A stretch of DNA of 64,000 bases from positions 11,036,001 to 11,100,000 of the forward strand of contig CM022668.1 of NCBI GenBank assembly GCA_012295275.1. Reading direction: 5' to 3'. Position numbers and translations under genes: made by a program. Below, piece by piece: positions 25,013-38,102 of this stretch. The notes beneath the pieces were generated by a model that saw only the letters and a program-made list of their open reading frames with translations, did not search any database and was not told the DNA's origin. Source of the DNA: Chrysomallon squamiferum. Taxonomy: Eukaryota; Animalia; Mollusca. Every line of letters starts with the position of its first letter. Position 1 is the stretch's first letter.

Positions 25013-25094
25013 TGAAAGGACCATGTCTCAACAGAGATGAGCATTTGAGTGAACATTTGTACAGACATGTTTCATTAGAGGCCTTACATGTCTA
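25013..25094 (+). pseudogene. Truncated D-type terminal exon fragment
   Basis: KGPCLNRDEHLSEHLYRHVSLEALHV*, matches the 5' two-thirds of 43619-43746 in inverted orientation. Confidence 0.75.
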
Positions 25095-25511
25095 ATTATA
25101 TTTTTATCAATTTTAAATTTTATCACCTTAATTCACTAACAATTAAAAATATAAAATGTACTTGCTTTGAAATAATTAGTTTTCTTCTTTTTTAATGATG
25201 TCACTTTTATCACTGAGATGAGAGAATCAGACGTAGAATAGTTTATATATGATTCCATTTATGTCGAGCAATTGTAATCTGTTATAATTAAAACGATTTG
25301 CATGACTGTTTTTAATTTTGTTGTTTTCTTTCTTCTTCATCTTTCTCCGATTATTATTTAGCACTCCTTGTGTTTATTTTAATAAATCTACCTTTATTTT
25401 AGATATTTTAGAAATAAAATAAAAAGATTTCTCTATGTAGGCAAGGAACATTATTTTTCCTAAGGAAAATTGGTTTTGTTTTCTTTAAACAGTTTTTATA
25501 ATCTGTCACAG

Positions 25512-25604
25512 ATACATGTGGATTACCGTGTGAAAACGACGCCACTGTGAATTTTGATGACTGTACTTGTTCTTGTCTGGGCAATTGGGAAGACACTCTT
25601 TGTG
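25512..25604 (+). pseudogene. Orphan EGF-like exon (copy of gene A/D first EGF exon)
   Basis: TCGLPCENDATVNFDDCTCSCLGNWEDTLC with AG/GT; flanks match 10370-10680; no PAN exon found upstream. Confidence 0.75.
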
Positions 25605-25994
25605 GTAAATTTATTCTTATTTGGCAACTTATTTGAATGAATGATAACTGAACTCATTTACAAAAGAAATATTTCAACGTTAATCATCAAGTAGCTAATA
25701 TTTAGGAAAGTGATATATGAGAGGAAGACATTCTGAACAATGATGTCTTACTTTTTGCTGTATATTTTCCTATTTAAATAAGAGTTATTTCCCTTATATA
25801 CAAATTGTATATATTAACCTTCCACATATTTGTTTATCTGTTTGTTTACGTATTACTTACTGACAACTATAAAGTATTTCTAGAGCGAGCACATAATGCA
25901 CTGGTGAAAAGTTGTTATAGATAAAATAGAAGAATAGTAATAAGAATTAATAGTACTAGCATTAGCACTAGCAGTGGTACAATAAGAGCAGTAA

Positions 25995-26035
<41 letters not shown>

Positions 26036-26884
26036 ATTGTTGTTGTTGTTGTTGTTGTAGATTCACAAGTGTAGTGATAGTAGTAGTAACAATAATAATA
26101 AAATCCGTGATAAATTGATGATAACGCGAATAAGTGAAAGGCATATGCTTATTAGTCTACTCACTTACTTACATAAACGTATTCATTCATCATTTATTCA
26201 CTTGTTCGTTGTTTAATTATTTACATAAATTTATTTGTTTATTTGTTTCTTGGTGTATTGATTTATTTATTTATTCATTCATTCATTCATTTATTCAATT
26301 ATTTATTTGGATGCTTATTTTTAAAGTGTTTACTTATTTATTTATTATAATAATTATTATCACCAGTAGCATTAGTAGCAACACTAGTGGTAGTAATTGT
26401 TGTATTAACAGTATGTGTTGTAGAAATGTTCTTGTTCTGATAGTTGCTATTTTTTTGGATAAAAACAACAAACAAATTAGTTCAAGAGCATATGTCTTTT
26501 ATTTGAGATCGTATTTATGACATAGGGTGTACCCACATCTCAGATCTAAAAGGAAAAAATAATAACACAAATGATTAATGACACCTTGATTTGGATATAT
26601 ATATAGAAAATTAAACATAAGTAAAATAAAAACAGTAAGAGAAGAACAACAGTAACAACAACAACAACAATACATATTCAATTGTTCACTATTTAGTAAA
26701 TAATTTCGATTTTTTTTTTTTTTTTTTTTTTTTTCTGGCCTGTAAGAAATGATTCAAAATTTAATAAAAATGAATTTATAATATTTCAAATTGTTATTGG
26801 TTTCTATATAATTAATCTACTGAATAATTAAATAATAAAAACAGAGTAAAGAAAAACAATAATACCTTACAGAAAGGACTTTGT

Positions 26885-29279
26885 TTATTTTGAATACAAG
26901 CAGAGGTGCTGACACTCATTGGACTCACGTTCATAACAGAACATGTGAGTGGCTTCGTCAAACGCATGTTCTTTAAAATGGCGACACTTTTCTTCTTGTC
27001 TGTCCTTGCACACCACGCCTATCACAATGAATAGAAAACAAAGATATGAAATAAATAATTCCTGATAAAAACCCTGAAGTCTACTCTGGATGCAAATAGG
27101 AACTGAGGAGGATACAAAAAGAACTGAAGAAAGAATATTTATCACATTTAAACACTTTCATTTACAAGTAAGACAGAGAGAAATACGTCCATCCTGCTTA
27201 TTGTTTTATATATATACGCATGCATTTCACTATTGTTTGTTTACAAATGTATGTACATAGACATATCAACTTACCATTCTGACATAAATGACAGGTTTTC
27301 ACACACCAGAACCACAACATTCCAGAACCTCTACATTCTTTCTCTATTATCTGATGCATTATAGTCACTGCGTCATCATTGCAACCTGAAAAATGAAAGC
27401 AATGTCATATCTGATCAAATCCAAAGTAATAAGCTAAAATGTTAACAAATCTAGCAAAATGGAGAAGAGACGTTTTATTTCTTTATTTATTTCCTTGTTT
27501 TCTGGTTTCTTTCATTCTTTTTTTATTCTTCTTCTTCTTCTTCTTCTTCTTCTTTTCTTCTTTTCCTTCTTTAAATAATAAAACCGTGCCTATGTATCGT
27601 GCCTTCTTTTTACCATTGTTTGTTCTTCTAAATTCATGTACTTACTTAGCTCACATTTATCCCCGTAGCAGTCTTCTTTGCACGTACATGTGCAAGATAT
27701 CGTATTCAACAAACCGCCATTTTGGCAGACTAGACTGCATTCATCTGTAAGAATAGAATTCAATCAATTTTTATTTATTTTACATACAACATCAGATATC
27801 TACGAAAACTAATATGATTAATGACGAAAAGAGTGTCACTGAAGATAAACAAAAGTCAATAACTGAAAAATACATGAGTGTTGCAATCATCCTTCTGTCG
27901 TGAAGTTAGGGCTTAAGGAGCGAATCCAAAACATGATACATGGCTAAAACCAGAGTGAAATAATAACACAACTGACTGGTAATATATTACTCTGACAGCG
28001 AACATGAAACAAACTTTAGTTTCAGATAAATATTCTAAATAAGAGAGACACAAATACTGCTTTCTTGTTTTGTAAATTAATTTGTATAGATCTTTGCAAA
28101 TAAGTAATATTTCAACTATCAAATATGCTTACCACATGTATCTCCTATCCAATAGTTGACACAAGAACAAGTACAGTCACTTTCATTCAACATGCCGCCA
28201 GGAAGACAGTCCTCGTTGCATACATCTGCATTTAAATAATAAATAAATTAAATTAAATTAAATTAAATTAAATAAATAAATAAATAAATAAATAAAACTT
28301 AAAAGGCATAAATCACAGTATTTGATGTGAGAATAAAGCCGTATTATGATATGAATTAATATACTTACTACAGAAATCTCCTTCCCAGTTGTTCAAACAA
28401 GAACAGCTGCAGTCACCTAAGTTAAAGATGCCTCCATTAAAACAGTCCTCGTTGCATACATCTAAATTTAAATAAATAAATAAATAAAATAAATGAAAAT
28501 AAATGAAAATAAATGAAAATAAATGAAAAAATAAATAAATAAAACAAAATAAATGAAAATAAATGAAAATAAATGAAAAAGAAAAAAGAGAAATTGCGGA
28601 TTTAAATATTTTCTTCTGTGCATATTAACATACGAATTAATTATAAAATATACTTACTACAGAAATCCCCTTCCCAGTTGTTCAAACAAGAACAGCTGCA
28701 GTCACCTAAGTTAAAGATGCCGCCATTAAAACAGTCCTCGATGCATACATCTGAATATAAATAAATTAATTAATAAAAAGTTTTATGGTATAAATCATAA
28801 TATCTGTTATTAAAAAGTAATAATAACAAAAGAAAAACCTGGTTTCTGATTACTTATTAATTTCTACGGAATCATTTTACATTTTCTTCTTTACATGTCA
28901 ACGTATGAATTAATTATCACAAATATTTACCACACGCCTCGCCATCCCATCTGCTCAAACAGGAACAGCTACAGTCAGTTTCGTCCAATGTACCTCCATT
29001 GTAGCAGGCATTAGAGCATTCAGCTGTGTTTGAATAAAGACATGAATAAATAAGTAAATAAATAAATAAATATTTCTTTCGTTTTTTTTTTTATTATTAT
29101 AATATTTGAAAATGTATAACGTTGTTATACAAAAATAAATTATTGATATCTTCACTCTTGATTTTTTCCCCCACCCTCTTGATTCCTATTGTCTATTTCT
29201 TCTATTTATTTATTTCTTTTTTTTTTTTTATTATCATTATTTTTGTTTAAGATATAGACGTGTATGGTGATATTGTTAA

Positions 29280-29316
<37 letters not shown>

Positions 29317-32300
29317 TTTTTTTTTTTTTTTTTTTTTACAAAGGTAATATTTAGGAATAAATGAAAGGAATTACATAATTAAATATCACTGTGAGTATAC
29401 AGAATATTCTTTCATTTATTAAAACTTCAAAACCTGTCTTAATTATATATGTTTTGTCTATGTGTGAATGTTTGCTTTTTAAGCACGTGTTGGAACGTTA
29501 TTAATTACTTCAAGAATCAAAAAACAAACAAAAAAAACCACATAAACATATAGACAAATTCATACTCTGTGGTTTGCTTGCAGTACTGAACACAAACGAT
29601 TCACATCAACAATGTAACTTCTTTAAATTTTACATAAATGAAAATTATTTAAAACCGTGTTTAGTTGCATCCATTGTTTTTAAACCAACAATTAAAATAA
29701 ACAGTCTCCTAGGTTGATAGATTTTCAGTTCTACGAAATCACATATTAGAACTACAGTTCAACAGTACCAAGTAGAAAACACGATAGTATTATTAAGTAT
29801 ACTTGCTACAGACATCTCCTACCCAGTAGAAAGCACGATAGTATTATTAAGTATACTTGCTACACACATCTCCTACCCAGTAGAAAACACGATAGTATTA
29901 TTAAGTATACTTGCTACACACATCTCCTACCCAGTAGAAAACACGATAGTATTATTAAGTATACTTGCTACAGACATCTCCTACCCAGTAGAAAACACGA
30001 TAGTATTATTAAGTATACTTGCTACAGACATCTCCTACCCAGTAGAAAACACGATAGTATTATTAAGTATACTTGCTACACACATCTCCTACCCAGTAGA
30101 AAACACGATAGTATTATTAAGTATACTTGCTACACACATCTCCTACCCAGTAGAAAACACGATAGTATTATTAAGTATACTTGCTACAGACATCTCCTAC
30201 CCAGTAGAAAACACGATAGTATTATTAAGTATACTTGCTACAGACATCTCCTACCCAGTAGAAAACACGATAGTATTATTAAGTATACTTGCTACACACA
30301 TCTCCTACCCAGTGGTCTATACAAGAACAGCTACAGTCAGCGAGGTTCAAACTGCCTCCATTGGAGCATTCACTATCACATATATCTGGAGGTAAATAAA
30401 TGCATTAATAAATAAATAAATAAATAAGCACAATGCATTATTATCACGATTTCAGAATTTTATAGTTGTTATTTTAAAGTGATTCATTTTCGTTTCTATA
30501 TTTTTATCATTCTAATTATAGATTGCCACAGCTATTTACTGCCTTTGACTATCTATGCTGTTTTACTGCGATTATATAGAAATGTATGAAATAGACGCCA
30601 TTTAAAAGAGTAAAAACAATGAGTTTAAATTTATATTACTTTAAAAAAAAAATGTATTTAATATACTCACTACATGATATTCCACTCCAGGTGTTCAAAC
30701 AAGTACAGGTGCACTCATTTGCATTGAATGTGGCGCCATTAGAACAATCTACGTTGCATATATCTGAATTAAAAACAGCAGCAACAAAACAATAATAATA
30801 ATAAACAGCAACAAATAAACAATCAAACAATCAAACAAACAGACAAAAAAAACAAACAAACAAATAAAAAATGAATGAATCAATCATTCAATAAATATTT
30901 GTAATATAGATATATTTTCTGTCTATGTTCTTTTAGTGCGATTATTCTCACAGTAATCTGGTTTCTATAGTGATGTAACAGAAAGTATTATGTCAGATTC
31001 TCCTTCATACACAACACTACATCTTTTCCTTTCTCATTTAAACAGACTTCAAGAAGTCAGCACAACATCATCTTTTGTTTAATCTGACTTTCAAAGTTTA
31101 CTCAATTCTGGAAAATGCTTGTACTTTATAGTTCAATCATTGTGTGACCAGAAGCAACTAGAAGAAGAAAACTCCTAGTCTAAAATTTGTTTAATGATAT
31201 TTGATTGCTATTTCTGATCTTATGTAATTATTACATACATTTGTAGTGTAAAACCTAGATTAGATCAGTTTTCTTTTTATTAATTTAATTTTGATATTTG
31301 TGACTCTCAGCTTTTTAGAAATATTTTCCTTGAACGATGTGTTTAGATTTTCATTGTTTAATAGTAATCATTTGAAAACATTAGTAAAATAATTAAAAAT
31401 AAACAAATAAACAAACGTACGACACACAACGCCTTCCCAGTTTCCGGCACAAAGACAAACACAGTCCTGCGTGTCTACTGTTGCGCCATTCATACAGTAC
31501 AATCCACACGTACCTGAAACAGATACAATAAAATCATTAAAGAGTGGGAAACAATAGAAAAAAACAATTTGTGACAATTTAAAAAAATCCTTATTTCTCT
31601 ACTTATAGAATGTGTTCTTTTTTCATCTTTAAATGATATAAATTAAACGTGGATTTATTAAAACTGTGTAATGATGGTTGTCTTAGGTAAACACGAACTA
31701 TTGATGTAAATGTTTTTAGTAGTAAAATAAATGTTTGCTGACATGTATAAAATTCCAATACCAATTTCTTTTTCATCGGATTAACATTTCATATAGTACA
31801 GTTGAAAAACCTTTTAGTAATTTTTTATGTTTGTTACACTTCTCTTAATATTCTTAATGTTCTGTGATATGATCTTAAAAATCCACAAAAAGAGATAATT
31901 TAGCATTTTATCTCCGATGAATATTTTCCATTTTACCATCAGTGCACGCTTTTACTAAGAGTGTGGCGTCCTCCAAGGGCAGGAATGGTGAGTCATTGCT
32001 AGTATGTAAGAAACAGGCACCTAAATACAATCCCGCAGAAATACAAGGTGGATCACCGGCATATTCGTCACAAAAAGTTATACACGGTTCAGTTTCAATC
32101 GCTGGTGTTTGATCCTCCGAGTCGAATCCAATAAAATCTGGAATAACTATGTATTCACAACCAGAATCACCTGCGGAAAAATGTATTACCAAAAAATAGA
32201 ATTAGAACAAAACAATAAAAGCCATTTTTTGTTCTACAAATAAAACAATAAAACAAATTAGCAGTGTTTTTCTGTTATTTAAATGAATCAACAATACAAA

Positions 32301-32773
32301 TAAACTGTTTACTTCTGTCTAAACACAAACAGAAAATAAATAATATCTTATTTTTCTTTAAATACAAAAGGTAAGCAAAATAGTTCTTTTATTTAAATAA
32401 AACAATATAACAAAAGAACCCCAGTATGTTATTTAAATAAAACAATAAATAAATAAAGAGTGTCTTACTCTTGCTTAAATAAATAATAAACCTAATTCTT
32501 TCTGCTACACAAATGCAAAAATATCAAAGTTTTCGTCCCATTTAAATATATCAACAGTACAAATAAATGAATTATTTCTGCAGTTTAAATAAAATAAAAT
32601 AAAAATCAAGTGTCATTGCTATTTAAATAAAATTATAAAATAAATACTATTGCTATCTGAATGAAATAAATCAAAAAAATCTTACCACTGGGGAGTCTCT
32701 CTTCCACACATGAAATGAGGAGGACAAAACACTGAATTAAGAAAATTTCCAACACGATTTTCTTCTGTGTCAT
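26885..32773 (-). CDS. Gene C: secreted PAN/apple-like + 8 EGF-like + ShKT-like + His/Cys-rich C-terminal domain protein (~438 aa, 12 coding exons)
   Basis: Exons (minus): 32773-32686 (MTQKKIVLEIFLIQCFVLLISCVEERLPS), 32170-31937 (PAN-like), EGF 31513-31421, 30763-30671, 30385-30293 (GC donor), 29023-28931, 28750-28658, 28461-28369, 28225-28133, 27744-27646, ShKT-like 27385-27275, terminal 27018-26885. Sum 1317 nt, open frame, all phase 1. Confidence 0.85.
29773..30312. repeat. Minisatellite, 10 x 54 bp
   Basis: Unit tagaaaacacgatagtattattaagtatacttgctaca[c/g]acatctcctacccag starting at 29773, 29827 ... 30259; the last unit overlaps the end of exon 30293-30385. Confidence 0.97.
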
Positions 32774-33082
32774 GTTTTGTGAAATCAAGTTATACTATTG
32801 AGAAATACACTTTCGTAAAACTATTTCTCTGAAATGAATTTTACTCAACGGCGCTAATAGTTAAACAAATACCAGATGTCAGTCAAAACAGTTTGATACA
32901 TTTTCATTACTTTTATTACCGAATCTGATTGGTTTATCGTCACGTGTATAACACACACAAACACACACACACACACCCGCATAATAAAATAAAATCACAC
33001 TGATTTATTTTATCACATATACACACATACACATATGCACAAGCATTCATAGTTAAACAAAAATGAAAAGAAAAAAGGCATA

Positions 33083-33167
33083 TTAGCATCAACGTATCTT
33101 TAGCATCAACGTATCTTTAGCATCAACGTATCTTTAGCATCAACGTATCTTTAGCATCAACGTATCT
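33083..33167. repeat. 5 x 17-bp tandem repeat upstream of gene C
   Basis: (ttagcatcaacgtatct)5; the duplicated block near 33725 has only one unit. Confidence 0.92.
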
Positions 33168-34389
33168 TTCAACTAAAATATTTGTTCTACTTGCTATATT
33201 AACGGCAAATTATCATTTCACTAAACTGAAACAGAAAATCAATAATATAAATAAAATGTTTACTTCTCTTTAAATACAAACATAAAATCAATAATGTAAA
33301 TAAACTGTTTACGTCTCTCTAAATAGGAAAAGAAAAATCAGTTATAATAAAACCCGTTTACTTCTCTTTAAATACAGATAATGAAAAATACAAAAAAAAG
33401 TGTTTTCGTTAAATCCAAAAGGTAAGCAAGATATTTCTGTTATTTAAATAAAACGATAAATAAATAAATAAATAAATAAACAGTGTCTTACTCTTGCTTA
33501 AATAAAATAATAATGACCAGATCTCATTGGTTTATCATCGCGTGTATAACAACAAAAACAACAACAACAACAATACACACACATACAGAACAAAAATAAA
33601 TAAAATAAAAGCACACCGATATTTTTATCGTATAAACGAACATACACACATATGCATGCATACTCATAGTTAAAAGCAACTGCAACAACAACAAAAACAA
33701 AAACTGAACAAAACAAAAAAGGCATATTAGCAGCAACGTATCTTTCAACTGAAATATTTGTTCTACTTGCTATATTAACAGCAAATTAGCTTCTTACCAA
33801 AGTAACGTTCTGATTGTTATAACAGCAACTCGTTATCTTACACCCAAAACACGTCACATATTAGTTCTGCCTATTTTTTATCTTACACATCAATAAAACC
33901 ATGAGACCACTGACAAAAAAAATAGCATTATCTCTTTTACTATTTCTCCTTAAACTATTTCACTGAGCCTCAACTCTGTAAAATAAAACTTGTTCCACCC
34001 TAAGTTTAAACAAGTATGCTATATGTAACATACAGGTTTCATATATATATATTTTTTATTATTATTATTGTTTTATATAATGTATGATACAACTTAGAGT
34101 TTTCTTATAGTGTATGTTACAACTTAATGTTTTCTTATAGTATATGTAACATCTTAGAACAGTGCTTTCTTATAGTGTGTGTAACAACTTCGAAAAGTTG
34201 TATTTTACTGTATGTTACAAGTCAACTTAGAACAAAAGTTTCGTGTCGTATGTGCTAAAACACTGTTTTACTTATCGAGAATGTTTATTTTTGTTTTCTA
34301 AATGTATTATTATTATTATTGTCATCGTTGTTGTTGTTTTCGCGTTGTGGTTGTTGACGTTATTATCAAAATTATATATTATTATTAAA

Positions 34390-35824
34390 TGTATATGAAA
34401 TACACTGGTAGTTGTCGGTTTTGATTTAATCAGATCTGGAAGACATTTATAATTAAAAGTGTTCACGTACTACAATATCTAACCTCAGCGTTTCACAAAA
34501 CACCTGTTACAACTATCAAATTAATTTCATACTAAAACAGAGCAAACGTTTATATACACTGATTTTGTTTTCCTCAAGTGTGAACTGATTTAAAACATCA
34601 GTCATTTAAACACGAAATCAATAACTTGAGCGGATATCTTACTATGTGTACAATGTGTGTTAATATATATCGCAGTATGCAGATTGCTTTCTGCAGAGAT
34701 AATCAAATTATGTATATTGAAATAAACAAGAGGCAGCTGCTAAATGTTAATTGTTTTAATCAATATTTGTTTTCTGATCAGAGTGTATTTCAGAAGACGT
34801 GTACAGCAATGTGAAAATATTTCAAAATAAATTGAAACTATTCTCTTGTATACTTTAATAAAAGTCTATTAGCATCTATCAGTGTATGTATGCATATTAA
34901 AAACATCTAGCTTATCTGAAGGAGACAAGTCGGAGGACGACATTGCAAGACAAGTACTATTCTGCTATATCGTGTTACACAGACAAAGAGTAACAAAATA
35001 TTCACCTGTTCCGTAACCGAAATCTGAGTGTATGTGCCTGTTTTGGGGTAACAGGTGTGTATATATAGGTGAATGTGTATATGTGTATTTACGTATTAAA
35101 ATATATACATATGTATGTATGTATGTGAGTGAAGGGGGTATGTATGTATGTATGTGTGTGGAGGGGGTATGTATGTATGTATATATGTATGTGTATATCT
35201 GTGAGCATGTAATGTCCACCTGTCTATGTATGCGTGCGTATGTTTATTTATCTGTGTTATTTTATAAGAATATGTGTGTATGTTTTTTGCTATGTGTGTA
35301 AATGAATGTATGTATATGAGTGTGTATCTATTTATAAGTTTATGATTTTTATATATGTACATATTAATGTATCAGTATAAATATACACGTATGCACTAAT
35401 ACATGTGTATAAGTATGTATGTATAGATGTATGTTTAAGAATATGTGCATGTATCTATTTGTCTGTATGTATGTGTGTACGTAGTTTCGTTATCACATGT
35501 GTTGTATCTTGTAATTAAATCTGGTTACTACTCGTATTGTGAGTTATTTCTCTCTTCTATCTAGTAAAATCAATGTTATAGATACTAAAAAAAGATAATC
35601 ACAGCTGGAGTCCAATTACTTATAAATATAAGCGTGCAGTTTAAACCCTACGTCAATGCACAGTGGCCAATATTCACTGGAAAATAATACTGCAAAATAG
35701 ATATGTAGATATTCGTAAATATTCAAAGTATTATTTATTGATTGATTGATCGATTTGTTTGTTTGCTTCATTGTTTGGTACTACAAGTGTAACTTCTAAT
35801 ATTATGCTAACGATGATAAACAGA

Positions 35825-35859
<35 letters not shown>

Positions 35860-36014
35860 ATACATGCAGGTAAGTAAGTAAGTAAATGAATAAATAAATA
35901 CATTTTTACTCACATTTATCATCACTTTTTGTTTGATTATTATTATTATTATTATTATTACTGTTATTATTACTATTATTATTGTTTTTATTATTATTAT
36001 TCTTATTATTGTTT

Positions 36015-36052
<38 letters not shown>

Positions 36053-36190
36053 TAGAAATCAGATATTCAATTTTGTTTCTATGTAGGGAGGTAGCAAATA
36101 AGGAGTTTATATTCCCCCCAGTCTCTCTGTGAACTGAACACATTACAGCAAAGTTTGTAACGAGTACAAATGTTAACACTCTACAGTACA
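34390..36190 (+). repeat. Inverted copy of the block at ~2310-3740 (further partial copies at 291-860, 1-66 and ~38270-38890)
   Basis: Shared non-coding sequence giving the recurring spurious ORF MSGYLTMC... at 410-595(-), 3308-3493(-) and 34626-34814(+). Boundaries approximate. Confidence 0.85.
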
Positions 36191-36389
36191 TTCATAAACA
36201 CTATATTAGTTTCGTACTTTTGAATCGCTGATTCAATGGGTTCTGAGAAAAAGTGAGCGGATTCTGCTGCTATGAATTACTATGCATGACAACAACTGAC
36301 TCAGTGTTCTTTTACTACACCAGTTTAGTCAGTTGTATTTCAGTCGCAGTTTGTTCGTACCTGGTCATCTTGATGCAAATGAATTTACA

Positions 36390-37070
36390 TTTAACCATTC
36401 TATCCTTCATTCATCCACAATTACATTTCTTTGTTTTTCCCTTCACCCACTATTACTTTTCGCTGTGCTTCCATTCATTCACTGTTATAGTTCTCTATTC
36501 TTTCATTCATCTACTATTATATTTCTCTGTTCCTTCATTCATCCACTATTATATTTCTCTTTTCTTCCATTCACTATTATGTTTCTCTGTTGTTTGATTC
36601 ATCCACTACTAGATATCTCTGTTCTTTCATTCATTCACTTACTAATATATTTCTCTAATTTTTCATTTATCCACTATTACATTTCTGTGATCTTCCATTC
36701 GTTTATTATTACATTTCTCTGTTCGTGCATACATTAACTATTACACTTTTCTATTCATTCATTCACTAATATATTTCTCTGTTCTTTCATTCATTCATCC
36801 ACCTCTACTACATATTTCTGATTTGTTGATTCATTCAATATTAGGTTTAACTCTTCTTACATGCATCACTATGTTATTATCTTTCATCCACTAGTACATG
36901 TGTCTGTTCCTTCATTCACTGTTCTATCTCTGTGCTGCATCCATCAACTGTTATATCTTACATTCATCGACTATTATAGTATCCTGTTCTTCCATTCAAT
37001 CACTATTACATTTCTCTGTTCCTTCGGTCATTCCATATTATATTTTGTGCTCCTTTATCTATCCATTTTT
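36390..37070. repeat. Degenerate ~32-bp pyrimidine-rich minisatellite
   Basis: Recurring ttcattcatccactattatatttctctgttc-like units. Confidence 0.75.
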
Positions 37071-37448
37071 ATGTTATTCTCTAATTGTTTTGGTTATCTT
37101 TACGTAAAAACATAACGTCATTATCGATATTCATGACGTAATAAAAATGTTATACCGAGAATCCATACTTGAATTTAAATAAGTGTTATTTGCTATAGAA
37201 TTAATTTGTATTCTATCTTGTATCTATGTTCTTCTCTGTTCATGTATTTATTTACTGCAAATTATAATTCGAAATATATGCTGTAATAGAAAAAACAAAA
37301 ACAACAACAACAACAACACCTAAAAAAACCCCCACAAAACAACAAAAACAAACATTTAATTTATCAGTTGGATTTTACTGGTTAATTTTATTCTTTCATT
37401 GAACGGGACAGAAAAAAGTAATAATAATAATCATAATAATCATAATAA

Positions 37449-37479
<31 letters not shown>

Positions 37480-38057
37480 AATAATAATCATCATTATGAT
37501 GAAGATGATGATGACTACACAAATAACAATAACCAACCAAAAAGTGATGATAAAATGGATGAGTAAAAGTGCTTTTATTTATTCATTTACTTACTTATTA
37601 CTTACTCCATTTATTCATTTATTTTCAGACAGATGTATTCACTTTGGTTTCATAATTAATTAACTAATTAATTAATTAATGCAAATATTCACTTTGAAGG
37701 TATGATTATGAACAAATACTGATAGACTTAATTTAGCAGATGATGGTTGCTTAAAACTGTGCATATTTTGTATTTATTTTTCCTTTCCAGGAAAAGGAAA
37801 CTATTTTCAACTGATCGTTATGAAAATCTGAAATAAATAGAGTAAATATGTCAGAATACAAAATAATAAATCCATCAGTAATAATCCTGTGCCAACTTTT
37901 ACCGAAAGTAGAAGAAACAAAAAATATATAAATAACAGTTAAGGTCAATCTAAACGGATCATTATAAGATAACAACATTAACAACTACAACAACAACAAC
38001 AATAATGCCAGCATTCTTCTATTTTCAACACTAACACGCATACAAGGACACTGGTCA

Positions 38058-38102
<45 letters not shown>

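Noticed and set aside
29773-30312. CRISPR-like array
   Set aside because: Units are contiguous with no unique spacers, derive from an exon/intron junction, and the context is eukaryotic with no cas genes.
34626-34814. Recurring small ORF MSGYLTMC... (also 410-595, 3308-3493)
   Set aside because: Starts at TTG, no recognisable domain, frame broken in the 38.4-kb copy; recurrence is explained by duplication.
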